A stretch of 64,000 bases of DNA, from NCBI GenBank assembly GCA_965205605.1, contig CBDBHE010000002.1, positions 1 through 64,000 on the forward strand, given 5' to 3'. This document shows positions 55,374-64,000 of this stretch, in pieces. Under the pieces are notes generated by a model. The model did not search any database. It was not told the DNA's origin and saw only the letters and a list, made by a program, of their open reading frames with translations. Positions within the stretch are counted from its first letter, which is position 1, and every line of letters starts with the position of its first letter. Made by a program: the position numbers and the translations under genes. This DNA is from Spirochaetota bacterium. Its GTDB lineage: Bacteria > Spirochaetota > UBA12135 > COTS27 > CBDBHE01.

Positions 55374-57737
55374 ATGAATTTTTTCCCACTCTTTTTTTTA
55401 ATTCTTAATTTTTTCCTTTTTTTTTCTTTTACAGTTGATCGAAAAACGATCCATTTAAGTGATCAAGAAGCAACTCCCTTAGAAAAAGATTTTTTTAAAG
55501 ATATAGCAGATGGTTCTTTAGATACTTTTAATTTTATAGAAGGTTATTTTGTTGTTACAGGGGTTGTAAATAAGAAGGAGTTTGATTTATTAAATAAAGC
55601 TTATCGAAAGAAAAAGAAACTTATTTTTTCATATATTTCTTCAAGTAGCTCTAAAAAAAAGGCAGAGAAGCTTTGTGAATTAATGCACCAAAAGAAACTT
55701 CTTAAACAGTACAGTTTTGATGCTGTCTTTGTAAAACCTCTTATTAAACAAGGGCTTTTTAATTGTGTGACTTCTAGTGCTGTTTATAGAGATTTAATGA
55801 TTACAGCAAAAATTAATTCAAAATTTGCTTTTGTTGATAAGCATATTTATAAATATGTTTATCTTAATAATGTTCCCATTCAAGTAGAACCTACCAATCC
55901 TTATGGATTTGATCCTGGAAAACATAATATGATTGTTCGCTCAAATGGCTCTCGAAGCTGGACACCAAAAGTGCGTTATCAAAATCCTAAAATTGTAGGT
56001 GATTTTAAATTTTTAGCTTCTCTGTACCTTGATGCTAGGGTATGGTCTAAAATAGCTGGAAATAATCTTGATAAAAACATTGCTTTTTGTAAAAAAGGGC
56101 TTATACTGGACCTTGAAAATGATTTTTTACAACAAAACTTTATTTATTGGACTTCTAAAAAAGCTAATAAACTTTATGCTCTTAAGCAATTTAATCATTT
56201 AGAATCTTTTGCTATTTCTTCTATTCAGGTTTTATCAGGGAATAAATATCAAAGTTACCAAAAAGAAATGTTACGTTTTATTGCGTATGCTTTGTTAGAT
56301 GAGCTTAGAAAAGAAGATTATCAATCAAGTAGTGATATGATTAATCGTTTAAAGAAAAAATTATCTAGAGAGTATTTTCAAAAAGTATTTCTAATCAGTG
56401 TACAAAAAGCCAATCGAATTTTTTTATCTAAAAATGAAATTGATAAATCTAAAATTCTGATAAAATTTAGTGAGCAGTGGTTATCTAAAAATAAACAATT
56501 TGAAGAACAAAAAAATATTGTTAGTAGAGTTGGTGCTAAATCAAGTAAAAAAATTGAAGAATTAATTAATTATTATCTTAAAGAAAAGAAAAGAAACCAC
56601 TTTAATGAAGGTCTTTTTTCTAAAGATATTTATGATCTTTCTTACCATTTGGGGGTTTTTGGAAGATTGAAAGATTTGAAAAAAAATTATTCTCTTCTTG
56701 AAGAGCACTTTCCAACAAAACTTTTAAATGAGATTTATAAAGTTTTAATAGTAAATCTTATTTATCAAAGTTATGACTTAAAAGAATACGATAAAGGGAT
56801 TGCTCTTTATCATTTTTCCAAAAAACTTTTTCAAGAAAGTCAAATTGATGAAAATTATATAGCACTTATTGATAAGTATGTTAGTGAACTTTTTTTTAAA
56901 GATAGCCTAAATGCTGCTATTCTTTTTCTAGTTTCAGAAGAAAAAAAATCAAAAGAAGTCTTTGCAAAACAAAATTATTTTGCTTCTAAACTAAGTGAAA
57001 TAGCTGAAAAAGAAATTAAAAGAAATAATAATTTTAGTATTTTTCTTTTTTTAAAAAATTTAAAAAATTCTCTTAGTGAAGCTGATTTTAATATTTTTAT
57101 TAAAAAAGCCATTATTAATGGTACTTATGTTTTAATTGAAGAAGGTTATTATGATAAAGCAATGCAATTAGTGGAAGAGACGATAGAGATTGGTTTTGAT
57201 AAAGAGCTTATTAAAAATAATTATTTATCAGCGGTAAATCGAAGAGTTGAATCTATTTTACTTCAAAAAGATGAAAAAAAGGCAATGAGTGTTTTGTCAA
57301 AAGCTTTACAGATTTATTCTAATTCTTCAAAGCTTAGGGAGTTAGTTATTTATCATTTAGGGACTTGCTTAGAATCTCTTTTAATTGAAGGTGATTTTAA
57401 AAAAGTAAATTATTTGATTTCAAAAATAAAGTCACTTTTAGATCAAAAATCATTTGATGATTTTCTAAAAAAACTTTATGTAAGTGCTTCTTACCAATTA
57501 ATTCAAAAAAAAGCATATCACCAGAGCTTGGATATTTGTGTGGAAGGATTGTCAAAAATAAAACATCAAGGTGATGAAATTTTAAACAATTATCGGTATG
57601 CTTTAAATGAATATTTGAGTGAATTAAAAAAAAAAAACCTTCAAAAAGCAAAGTCAGCATTAAAACAAGCGGTGAGAATACTTGGGGAAAATGATAAGGT
57701 GATTGTTTTTTGGAACAGGCGATTAAGAGGTTTTTAA
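55374..57737 (+). CDS. Exported protein with transglutaminase-like N-domain and TPR-like helical repeats
   Basis: Signal peptide; FNCVTSS...HIY...VEPTNPYGF (C-H-E); repeated Y.KA....E..L helical units. Confidence 0.6.
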   Translation: MNFFPLFFLILNFFLFFSFTVDRKTIHLSDQEATPLEKDFFKDIADGSLDTFNFIEGYFVVTGVVNKKEFDLLNKAYRKKKKLIFSYISSSSSKKKAEKLCELMHQKKLLKQYSFDAVFVKPLIKQGLFNCVTSSAVYRDLMITAKINSKFAFVDKHIYKYVYLNNVPIQVEPTNPYGFDPGKHNMIVRSNGSRSWTPKVRYQNPKIVGDFKFLASLYLDARVWSKIAGNNLDKNIAFCKKGLILDLENDFLQQNFIYWTSKKANKLYALKQFNHLESFAISSIQVLSGNKYQSYQKEMLRFIAYALLDELRKEDYQSSSDMINRLKKKLSREYFQKVFLISVQKANRIFLSKNEIDKSKILIKFSEQWLSKNKQFEEQKNIVSRVGAKSSKKIEELINYYLKEKKRNHFNEGLFSKDIYDLSYHLGVFGRLKDLKKNYSLLEEHFPTKLLNEIYKVLIVNLIYQSYDLKEYDKGIALYHFSKKLFQESQIDENYIALIDKYVSELFFKDSLNAAILFLVSEEKKSKEVFAKQNYFASKLSEIAEKEIKRNNNFSIFLFLKNLKNSLSEADFNIFIKKAIINGTYVLIEEGYYDKAMQLVEETIEIGFDKELIKNNYLSAVNRRVESILLQKDEKKAMSVLSKALQIYSNSSKLRELVIYHLGTCLESLLIEGDFKKVNYLISKIKSLLDQKSFDDFLKKLYVSASYQLIQKKAYHQSLDICVEGLSKIKHQGDEILNNYRYALNEYLSELKKKNLQKAKSALKQAVRILGENDKVIVFWNRRLRGF

Positions 57738-57738
57738 A

Positions 57739-58272
57739 TTGACTTTTTTATTAAAGATTTTTTTGATCACGGTTTTTTTGTTTTTCACTTTATTTTCTCA
57801 GCAGAATATTACCGGTTGGGCTGATTTTAAACTGGGAATGAATTATAAAGAAGTTTTAGAAATGATCCAAAAAGAAATCATTCCTTGGATCAAGCTTAAA
57901 GGAGATCAACTCTCTGAAATCGAAGAAGAGAGAGAGGGTTATTCTTTGGAAATTTTACCAACTGATTTTTTAAAAGAAGGGTATTTTCAATTTAATAAGG
58001 AGAAAAAACTTTATTTAATTAAACTTGTTTTTGATAAAAAATATTTCTCTTTTCTTTCACTTATGACCCAACTAACTAATAAATATGGAAATCCTAATAA
58101 AACAACTTATAAAAAAGCTCAGTGGAATAATAATAATTTTTTTTTAGAGCTACAAAGAGATAGAGTTATTCGTTATTTTAATACGTCTATTTTTCAAAAA
58201 GAAACATTGCCTAAAAGTCAAGCAGAAAGTTTAATTAAAGAAAATATTAAAGATATTTTAGAATCTTTATAA
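57739..58272 (+). CDS. Hypothetical exported protein
   Basis: Signal peptide; G...FKLGM, FQF....LY.I...F, L..KYG.P. Confidence 0.6.
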   Translation: MTFLLKIFLITVFLFFTLFSQQNITGWADFKLGMNYKEVLEMIQKEIIPWIKLKGDQLSEIEEEREGYSLEILPTDFLKEGYFQFNKEKKLYLIKLVFDKKYFSFLSLMTQLTNKYGNPNKTTYKKAQWNNNNFFLELQRDRVIRYFNTSIFQKETLPKSQAESLIKENIKDILESL

Positions 58273-58307
58273 GATTGTTATTGTAAGTTTTTGACATCAT
58301 CAATTGT

Positions 58308-61300
58308 TTATTGGTTTTCTTGTAAGATGAGTTCTACTTCGTAAATTTCCAAACTAAGGTGTTTAGAAATTTCTTCCTTACTCCAACCGATGCGGCTTAA
58401 AGATAAAACAGATTCTTTGGTGCTTTCTGTCATATTTTTTTCTTCATCATCTCTATCACCGATTATATTTTTTTGCCTTTCTTTATTCAATAGCTTTAAA
58501 GACATTTTAATTTGTTCGTCCAAAGTGTTTTTAATTTTTTTTGTTTCTTCTTTTTCACTGATTAAAGTTGTTTTCATTCCTAAAAGGTCGTCTTTCATTT
58601 TGTCTATAATTCTTTTTCTTTGCTCTATGTCTTGAAGAGCGATATCTAATTGGTCGTATTTTTCATTAAATTCGATGAGTTTTTTTTGATTTCCTTCTAA
58701 TATCATAGATTTGTTTTCGATTTTATCTAGTTGATTTTTAATATCAGCTTGATTTTCTTTAAGCTTATCACTATCTCTTTTTATATCAAAATGTTGCTCT
58801 TGAATTTCTTGATTTTCTTCGATAATATGTTTGTATTCTTTGATGGTTGAGTCAACTTCTATTTTAGAGTCTTTAATTTTTATAAAATCTTCCTTAATGG
58901 TATTTGAATCTTGACGAATAGAGTTAATTTGATTTAAAAAAACAATAATTTGTTTTTTTGATTTTTCGATTGAGTTAATTTTTGTATCAACTGTTTCTGA
59001 AAAGCTCTTGAGATTTTCTATTTTTTGATTTACCATTAAAATATCTCCTTCTTTAAGTGAGATTTTATTAAAGATTTTCTCAATTTGCTTTTGGGACAAT
59101 GTAGCTAGTTTAAGCTGTTTATCGACATCGCTAAGAGATGAAGATTTTTCTTTCATGCTTTCTATTTTTTCATTGTAATGCTTTATACTTTGATCTAATT
59201 TTTCTTTTAGAATATCTGTTTTTTTAAAGATGTTTGTTTGTTTTGTAAAATTATCAATTTGTTCTGCGATAGCAATAATTTTTTTGTTAATGCCTTCAAA
59301 TTGCTTATTAGATTCTAAAGAAAGCAATTTTTCTTTTTCTTTTAAGTTTTGACTAATTTTTGTAAAATCTTCTTCGATTTTTTGTTTTTTAGAAGTTAAT
59401 GTATTTTCTATTTTTTGAGATACTTCTTCGATATTTTTTTGGAATTCGACTTCTTGATTAGTAAGAGCTTTTTGATAATCTTTATGAAGAGAGTCGAATT
59501 TTTCTGTTAATTTACTTGCTTTATTTTGGTGCTGTTCTTTAAATAAGTCGATTTGTTGATCTAAAGAATCAATAATTTTTTTACTGGTTTTAATAAAGTT
59601 TTTAATTTTTTCTTTTCTTTCTTTTTCTTCTTGTTCGAAATTATTTTTCATTTCTTTTAATTTTTCTTTTTCTTCATTTAGGTTGTCTTTATGTTCAGTA
59701 TTTAAGTTTTCGATATCTTCAATGGCTTTTATTAGTTTTTTTTCATTAATTTCATTAATTTCAATTTCTGCTTGTTGTTGTTGTTCAATTAGATTTTGGA
59801 AGCTTTTTTGGTATTGTTCTAGCTCTTTATTTAGTTTGATTTCAAAATCAATAAATCGTTTGTCTTTTTTAGGAGATAAAGATTTAATTAGTTGATTGGA
59901 GTTTTGGATTTCGTTTTTCACATAATCTTTAAATTCTTTGATTTCGAAAAGCACATCATTTTGAAATTTTTCTTTAATATTAGAGAGTTCTTTTTGAGTA
60001 TTTTTAAGTTTATCTTGAAAATAGAGAGACTGCTTATTCATTTCATCTTGAGTTTTTTTCTTTTCATCTTTAGAGAAAGCATTAAGTTCTTGATGGGTTG
60101 AAGACTTAAGTTCTTTTAAAGTTTTTTCATTGTCTAAAATGAGTTTGTCTAATTTTTCTTTGCTACTGATGTCGTAATCTTCTATTTTGCCCATTAAATC
60201 TTTAAGGATAGATTTTTGTTTAGAAACTTCTTTAATTTCATTTGACATTTGGGTTTGAAATTTTTCTTTAAGGCTATTAAGTTCGTCTTGAGTTTTATTT
60301 GTTTTTTGGAAGACTAGATTAATTTCTTTATCCATTTTTAATTGGAGATCATTTTTAAGAGATTCAAATTGGTCTTTGTTTTTGATTTCTGCTTGCTTAG
60401 AAAGTTCTTTTTGAAAATCTTTAATAATATTTGAGATTTGTTTATTAGCGGTCGTTTTTTGTTGTTCGGCTTCTTTGAGGATAGTATCTATTTTAGAAAA
60501 GAATTTTTTTTTTTTTTTTTCTAAAAAAGCTAATTGGTTGTCGAGTTCTTGATGATTTTGATAATAAATATTAGATTTTTCTTCTTTTTGTTTATTAATA
60601 TCATTTACTTCATTTGACATTTGAGTTTGAAATTTTCCTTTTAAATTGATCAAATCTTTTTGAGTTTGTATTGTTTTTTTCTCGAAGGTTGAAAAAAGTT
60701 TTTCCATTTCTTTTTGAACTTTTTTCTTTTCATCTTTAGAGAAGTCATAGAGTTCTTGATGGGCTGAAGACTTAAGTTCTTTTAAAGTTTTTTCATTGTT
60801 TAAAATGAGTTTGTCTAATTTTTCTTTGCTACTGATGTCGTAACCTTCTATTTTATTCATTAAATTTTTTAGAGTTGAGGCTTGTTTGGTAAAGTTTTTA
60901 ATTTCATTTGACATTTGAGTTTGAAATTTTTCTTTAATATTAGAGAGTTCTTTTTGAGTATTTTTAAGTTTATCTTGAAAATAGAGAGACTGCTTATTCA
61001 TTTCATCTTGAGTTTTTTTCTTTTCATCTTTAGAGAAAGCATTAAGTTCTTGATGGGCTGAAGACTTAAGTTCTTTTAAAGTTTTTTCATTGTCTAAAAT
61101 GAGTTTGTCTAATTTTTCTTTGCTACTGATGTCATAATCTTCTATTTTGCCCATTAAATCTTTAAGGGTAGATTTTTGTTTAAAAACTTCTTTAATTTCA
61201 TTTGACATTTGGGTTTGAAATTTTTCTTTAATATTAGAGAGTTCTTTTTGAGTATTTTTAAGTTTATCTTGAAAATAGAGAGACTGCTTATTCATTTCAT

Positions 61301-63998
61301 CTTGAGTTTTTTTCTTTTCATCTTTAGAGAAAGCATTAAGTTCTTGATGGGCTGAAGACTTAAGTTCTTTTAAAGTTTTTTCATTGCCTAAAATGAGTTT
61401 GTCTAATTTTTCTTTGCTACTGATGTCATAATCTTCTATTTTGCCCATTAAATCTTTAAGGGTAGATTTTTGTTTAAAAACTTCTTTAATTTCATTTGAC
61501 ATTTGGGTTTGAAATTTTTCTTTAATATTAGAGAGTTCTTTTTGAGTATTTTTAAGTTTATCTTGAAAATAGAGAGACTGCTTATTCATTTCATCTTGAG
61601 TTTTTTTCTTTTCATCTTTAGAGAAAGCATTAAGTTCTTGATGGGCTGAAGACTTAAATTCTTTTAAAGTTTTTTCATTGTCTAAAATGAGTTTGTCTAA
61701 TTTTTCTTTGCTACTGATGTCATAATCTTCTATTTTGCCCATTAAATCTTTAAGGGTAGATTTTTGTTTAAAAACTTCTTTAATTTCATTTGACATTTGG
61801 GTTTGAAATTTTTCTTTAAGGCTATTAAGTTCGTCTTGAGTTTTATTTGTTTTTTGGAAGACTAGATTAATTTCTTTATCCATTTTTAATTGGAGATCGT
61901 TTTTAAGAGATTCAAATTGGTCTTTGTTTTTGATTTCTGCTTGCTTAGAAAGTTCTTTTTGAAAATCTTTAATAATATTTGAGATTTGTTTATTAGCGGT
62001 CGTTTTTTGTTGTTCGGCTTCTTTGAGGATAGTATCTATTTTAGAAAAGAATTTTTTTTTATCATTTTCTAAAAAAGCTAATTGGTTGTCGAGTTCTTGA
62101 TGATTTTGATAATAAATATTAGATTTTTCTTCTTTTTGTTTATTAAGTAAATCGATTTCATCTTGTAAAAGAGTAAAAAAGTTTGATTTTTTTTTCTTAA
62201 TTTCTTTTGAGAAATTTTCGTTAATTTCCTCTTTTATTTTTTCAAAATCCAAGACTTTGTTTTCAACTTCTTCTAATTTGATTTCAAGTGATTTTTTAAT
62301 GTTATTCATATCGCTAAATTGTGATTTGATAACTTCAAACTCTTCTTTAGTATTTCCAAAAAAAGTTTGTGTTTCACTTTCAACTTCGTTAATGGTGAGC
62401 TTAATATTTTCTTTTTCTTGCAGTAGATAATCATCAAGGGTTTCTTGAATGTTATCAATAATGTTTTGTTTTTGCTTGTTTAAACTTGAAGCAATTTTTT
62501 CTAATTGTTTATTAGCTAAGTTATCTTCTTTATTAATTTCTAATTGAATGCTCTTTTTAATTTCATTTGAAAATACTTCTTGCTCTCTTTCAAGTTTGGA
62601 ATACCAATTTTTACTTATTTCAGAGAAATCTTTTTTAATTTTTTCTAAATGATTGTTAGCTTCTTTTTTAATTTTTTCTTGATTTTTTTTTGCTTGTTGT
62701 AAAATAGTAGCGAGGTCTTTTTCACTTAATTTAATGGAAGTAATATTTTTTCTAATGTCTTTTTTAACTTTATCTCTAATTTGGATTGATTGGCTCATAA
62801 TGTTTTGATATAAATCTTTTTCAAGTTTTTCTTTAAAGTTTTTAATTTCTTTTTCAATAAGGTTTTCTTCTTTTTTAAAGAAGTCTTTTATATTTTTTTT
62901 GAGTTTACTTCCTTTTTTTAAAACTAAGGAGATGTCATTGGATTCTATTTTTTCTAATTTGTTTTTTAATTTAGAAAGATGAGTTTCAAATAATGAGACT
63001 TTATCATTAATTGTGAATTGATGTTCGTTGATATATTCTGAAAATTTTTCAAATTGAGATTGTTTACTTTTTTTTAATTTTTTTGATTGATTAAATTCGG
63101 CTTTTAAAGTTAATAATTCTTGACTGACAGTTTCTAATTGTTTTTGACTTTCTTTTGTTGAAGAGTTATTTTTAATTTGATCGTACTTAAGGATGAGGTT
63201 TTTAACTTGTTGTGAGAATTGGCTTTGATAAAGCTGGGTATTTTGTTGGATATTTTTTATTTCTTCTTGACTTAGTTCTAGTTGATCTTTTAAATTTTCA
63301 AGCTCTTCTTTATCAATATTATTAATGTTATTAGTAAATAAAGCATGAAGTTTTTTTTGATTTTGATTGATGAATTCAGTTTGTTTATGTTCCATGTCAT
63401 TTTTTAGCTTTTCATTAAGTTGAATAATTTCATCAACTTTTTGAGAGAATTCATTTTCGAAAATATTTTTTTTATCTTTTATTTCTGTTTTAAGGTCTTG
63501 AATTGTGTTTCGCATTTTTTGATTAGTTTCTTCTTTAGTTTTTTCTAATTTTTCTTGGAGATTTAAAATAAGTTTTTCAATTACCTGCTTTAAAGGTTTA
63601 ATTTTTTTAGAAGAAGAGGTTATTTCTTCGTCTATTTTTTTAGAAGTAATTTCTTTTTCTTTTATTTTTTTTAGTTGCTCTTTAATATCACTAAGAGAGT
63701 TTTTTAAATTGTCTTCGTATTGATCAAATTCTTTTGATTTTTTTTGAAGGTTTTTTGAGTTTTCATTAATTTGATTGAGCTTACTATCAAGAGAATAGAG
63801 TTTTTTTTCAATCTCAACTTCTAGTTGGTGAAATTTTTTCAAATCGACAGAAATAACAGAATTAATATCATCTAAATTAAGGACTTTAGCTGAGATTTTG
63901 TCGTTAAATTCTTTTTCTTTTGATTTAATAAATTTTTTTAATTTATTAATACCTATTTTTTTTGAGTAATAACGATTAATAAAAAAAGAGAAAGCAAA
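58308..63998 (-). CDS. Giant membrane-anchored coiled-coil protein of spirochaete type, 5' end beyond window
   Basis: The frame stays open upstream of the track's TTG (63842) to the window edge and encodes FAFSFFINRYYSKK (end of a TM segment). At least 1890 aa of heptads; C-terminal HTH VLSLSRIGWSKEEISKHLSLEIYEVELIL. Confidence 0.85.
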   Translation of the reverse strand, partial: FAFSFFINRYYSKKIGINKLKKFIKSKEKEFNDKISAKVLNLDDINSVISVDLKKFHQLEVEIEKKLYSLDSKLNQINENSKNLQKKSKEFDQYEDNLKNSLSDIKEQLKKIKEKEITSKKIDEEITSSSKKIKPLKQVIEKLILNLQEKLEKTKEETNQKMRNTIQDLKTEIKDKKNIFENEFSQKVDEIIQLNEKLKNDMEHKQTEFINQNQKKLHALFTNNINNIDKEELENLKDQLELSQEEIKNIQQNTQLYQSQFSQQVKNLILKYDQIKNNSSTKESQKQLETVSQELLTLKAEFNQSKKLKKSKQSQFEKFSEYINEHQFTINDKVSLFETHLSKLKNKLEKIESNDISLVLKKGSKLKKNIKDFFKKEENLIEKEIKNFKEKLEKDLYQNIMSQSIQIRDKVKKDIRKNITSIKLSEKDLATILQQAKKNQEKIKKEANNHLEKIKKDFSEISKNWYSKLEREQEVFSNEIKKSIQLEINKEDNLANKQLEKIASSLNKQKQNIIDNIQETLDDYLLQEKENIKLTINEVESETQTFFGNTKEEFEVIKSQFSDMNNIKKSLEIKLEEVENKVLDFEKIKEEINENFSKEIKKKKSNFFTLLQDEIDLLNKQKEEKSNIYYQNHQELDNQLAFLENDKKKFFSKIDTILKEAEQQKTTANKQISNIIKDFQKELSKQAEIKNKDQFESLKNDLQLKMDKEINLVFQKTNKTQDELNSLKEKFQTQMSNEIKEVFKQKSTLKDLMGKIEDYDISSKEKLDKLILDNEKTLKEFKSSAHQELNAFSKDEKKKTQDEMNKQSLYFQDKLKNTQKELSNIKEKFQTQMSNEIKEVFKQKSTLKDLMGKIEDYDISSKEKLDKLILGNEKTLKELKSSAHQELNAFSKDEKKKTQDEMNKQSLYFQDKLKNTQKELSNIKEKFQTQMSNEIKEVFKQKSTLKDLMGKIEDYDISSKEKLDKLILDNEKTLKELKSSAHQELNAFSKDEKKKTQDEMNKQSLYFQDKLKNTQKELSNIKEKFQTQMSNEIKNFTKQASTLKNLMNKIEGYDISSKEKLDKLILNNEKTLKELKSSAHQELYDFSKDEKKKVQKEMEKLFSTFEKKTIQTQKDLINLKGKFQTQMSNEVNDINKQKEEKSNIYYQNHQELDNQLAFLEKKKKKFFSKIDTILKEAEQQKTTANKQISNIIKDFQKELSKQAEIKNKDQFESLKNDLQLKMDKEINLVFQKTNKTQDELNSLKEKFQTQMSNEIKEVSKQKSILKDLMGKIEDYDISSKEKLDKLILDNEKTLKELKSSTHQELNAFSKDEKKKTQDEMNKQSLYFQDKLKNTQKELSNIKEKFQNDVLFEIKEFKDYVKNEIQNSNQLIKSLSPKKDKRFIDFEIKLNKELEQYQKSFQNLIEQQQQAEIEINEINEKKLIKAIEDIENLNTEHKDNLNEEKEKLKEMKNNFEQEEKERKEKIKNFIKTSKKIIDSLDQQIDLFKEQHQNKASKLTEKFDSLHKDYQKALTNQEVEFQKNIEEVSQKIENTLTSKKQKIEEDFTKISQNLKEKEKLLSLESNKQFEGINKKIIAIAEQIDNFTKQTNIFKKTDILKEKLDQSIKHYNEKIESMKEKSSSLSDVDKQLKLATLSQKQIEKIFNKISLKEGDILMVNQKIENLKSFSETVDTKINSIEKSKKQIIVFLNQINSIRQDSNTIKEDFIKIKDSKIEVDSTIKEYKHIIEENQEIQEQHFDIKRDSDKLKENQADIKNQLDKIENKSMILEGNQKKLIEFNEKYDQLDIALQDIEQRKRIIDKMKDDLLGMKTTLISEKEETKKIKNTLDEQIKMSLKLLNKERQKNIIGDRDDEEKNMTESTKESVLSLSRIGWSKEEISKHLSLEIYEVELILQENQ
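59961..62146. repeat. Intragenic tandem array A-B-B-B-B'-A-B (B = 294 bp/98 aa; A about 372 bp)
   Basis: Anchor tttgacattt at 60241, 60613, 60907, 61201, 61495 and 61789 (spacings 372, 294, 294, 294, 294). The A+B block is duplicated at a 1548-bp offset with near-identical DNA. Confidence 0.95.
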
Positions 63999-64000
63999 TA

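Noticed and set aside
1823-60101. Numerous 60-125 aa overlapping or antisense ORFs (e.g. 1823, 10164, 13448, 19188, 26524, 30907, 37306, 50910, 51496, 58390, 59683)
   Set aside because: They lie within or overlap well-supported genes, show no motifs, and are expected by-products of biased AT-rich codon usage.
59961-62146. Long repeats as a possible CRISPR array or mobile element
   Set aside because: Units are 294 or 372 bp, in frame within one CDS, with no unique spacers and no cas or transposase genes.
1-64000. Alternative genetic code or selenocysteine readthrough, given the very low GC
   Set aside because: Conserved genes translate full length with code 11, TGA ends genes at expected positions, and Trp is encoded by TGG.

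Overview
A very AT-rich, gene-dense bacterial chromosomal segment, most likely from a spirochaete-related lineage. The evidence for that placement is a giant membrane-anchored coiled-coil protein with a Borrelia/Treponema-type C-terminal HTH, the rplY-pth-tilS and yebC-ruvC-ruvA orders, and an N-terminally extended S18. Most of the window is housekeeping or transport: pstB-phoU, glmU-like, Mrp/ApbC, rpsR-rpmG-rpmB, hemH, a five-gene peptide ABC transporter, pdxB, dapD, three tRNAs, ispE, rplY, pth, tilS, xth, msrA, a GldA/F/G-like ABC module, guaA, ruvCA and pyrC. I found no CRISPR array, rRNA, transposase or prophage. The stand-out feature is a tightly coupled minus-strand operon (9914->4945). 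It encodes an Arg-type cysteine dioxygenase, an ATP-grasp ligase, a small membrane protein, a PLP decarboxylase carrying the animal CSAD selectivity motif (F-x19-S-x-Y), an MJ1255-family glycosyltransferase and a pterin dehydratase. This is an animal-like (hypo)taurine pathway wired to conjugation enzymes, and a candidate pathway for a taurine-modified glycolipid or glycan. Other points of interest: a FecR/PEGA/NHL lipoprotein gene split by a 1-nt deletion in a duplicated PEGA unit, a recently expanded 294-bp (14-heptad) repeat array in the giant coiled coil, an HCF101-like Mrp, a degenerate Pth, an HD-GYP + DHH pair and a cluster of Zn-free ribosomal proteins.
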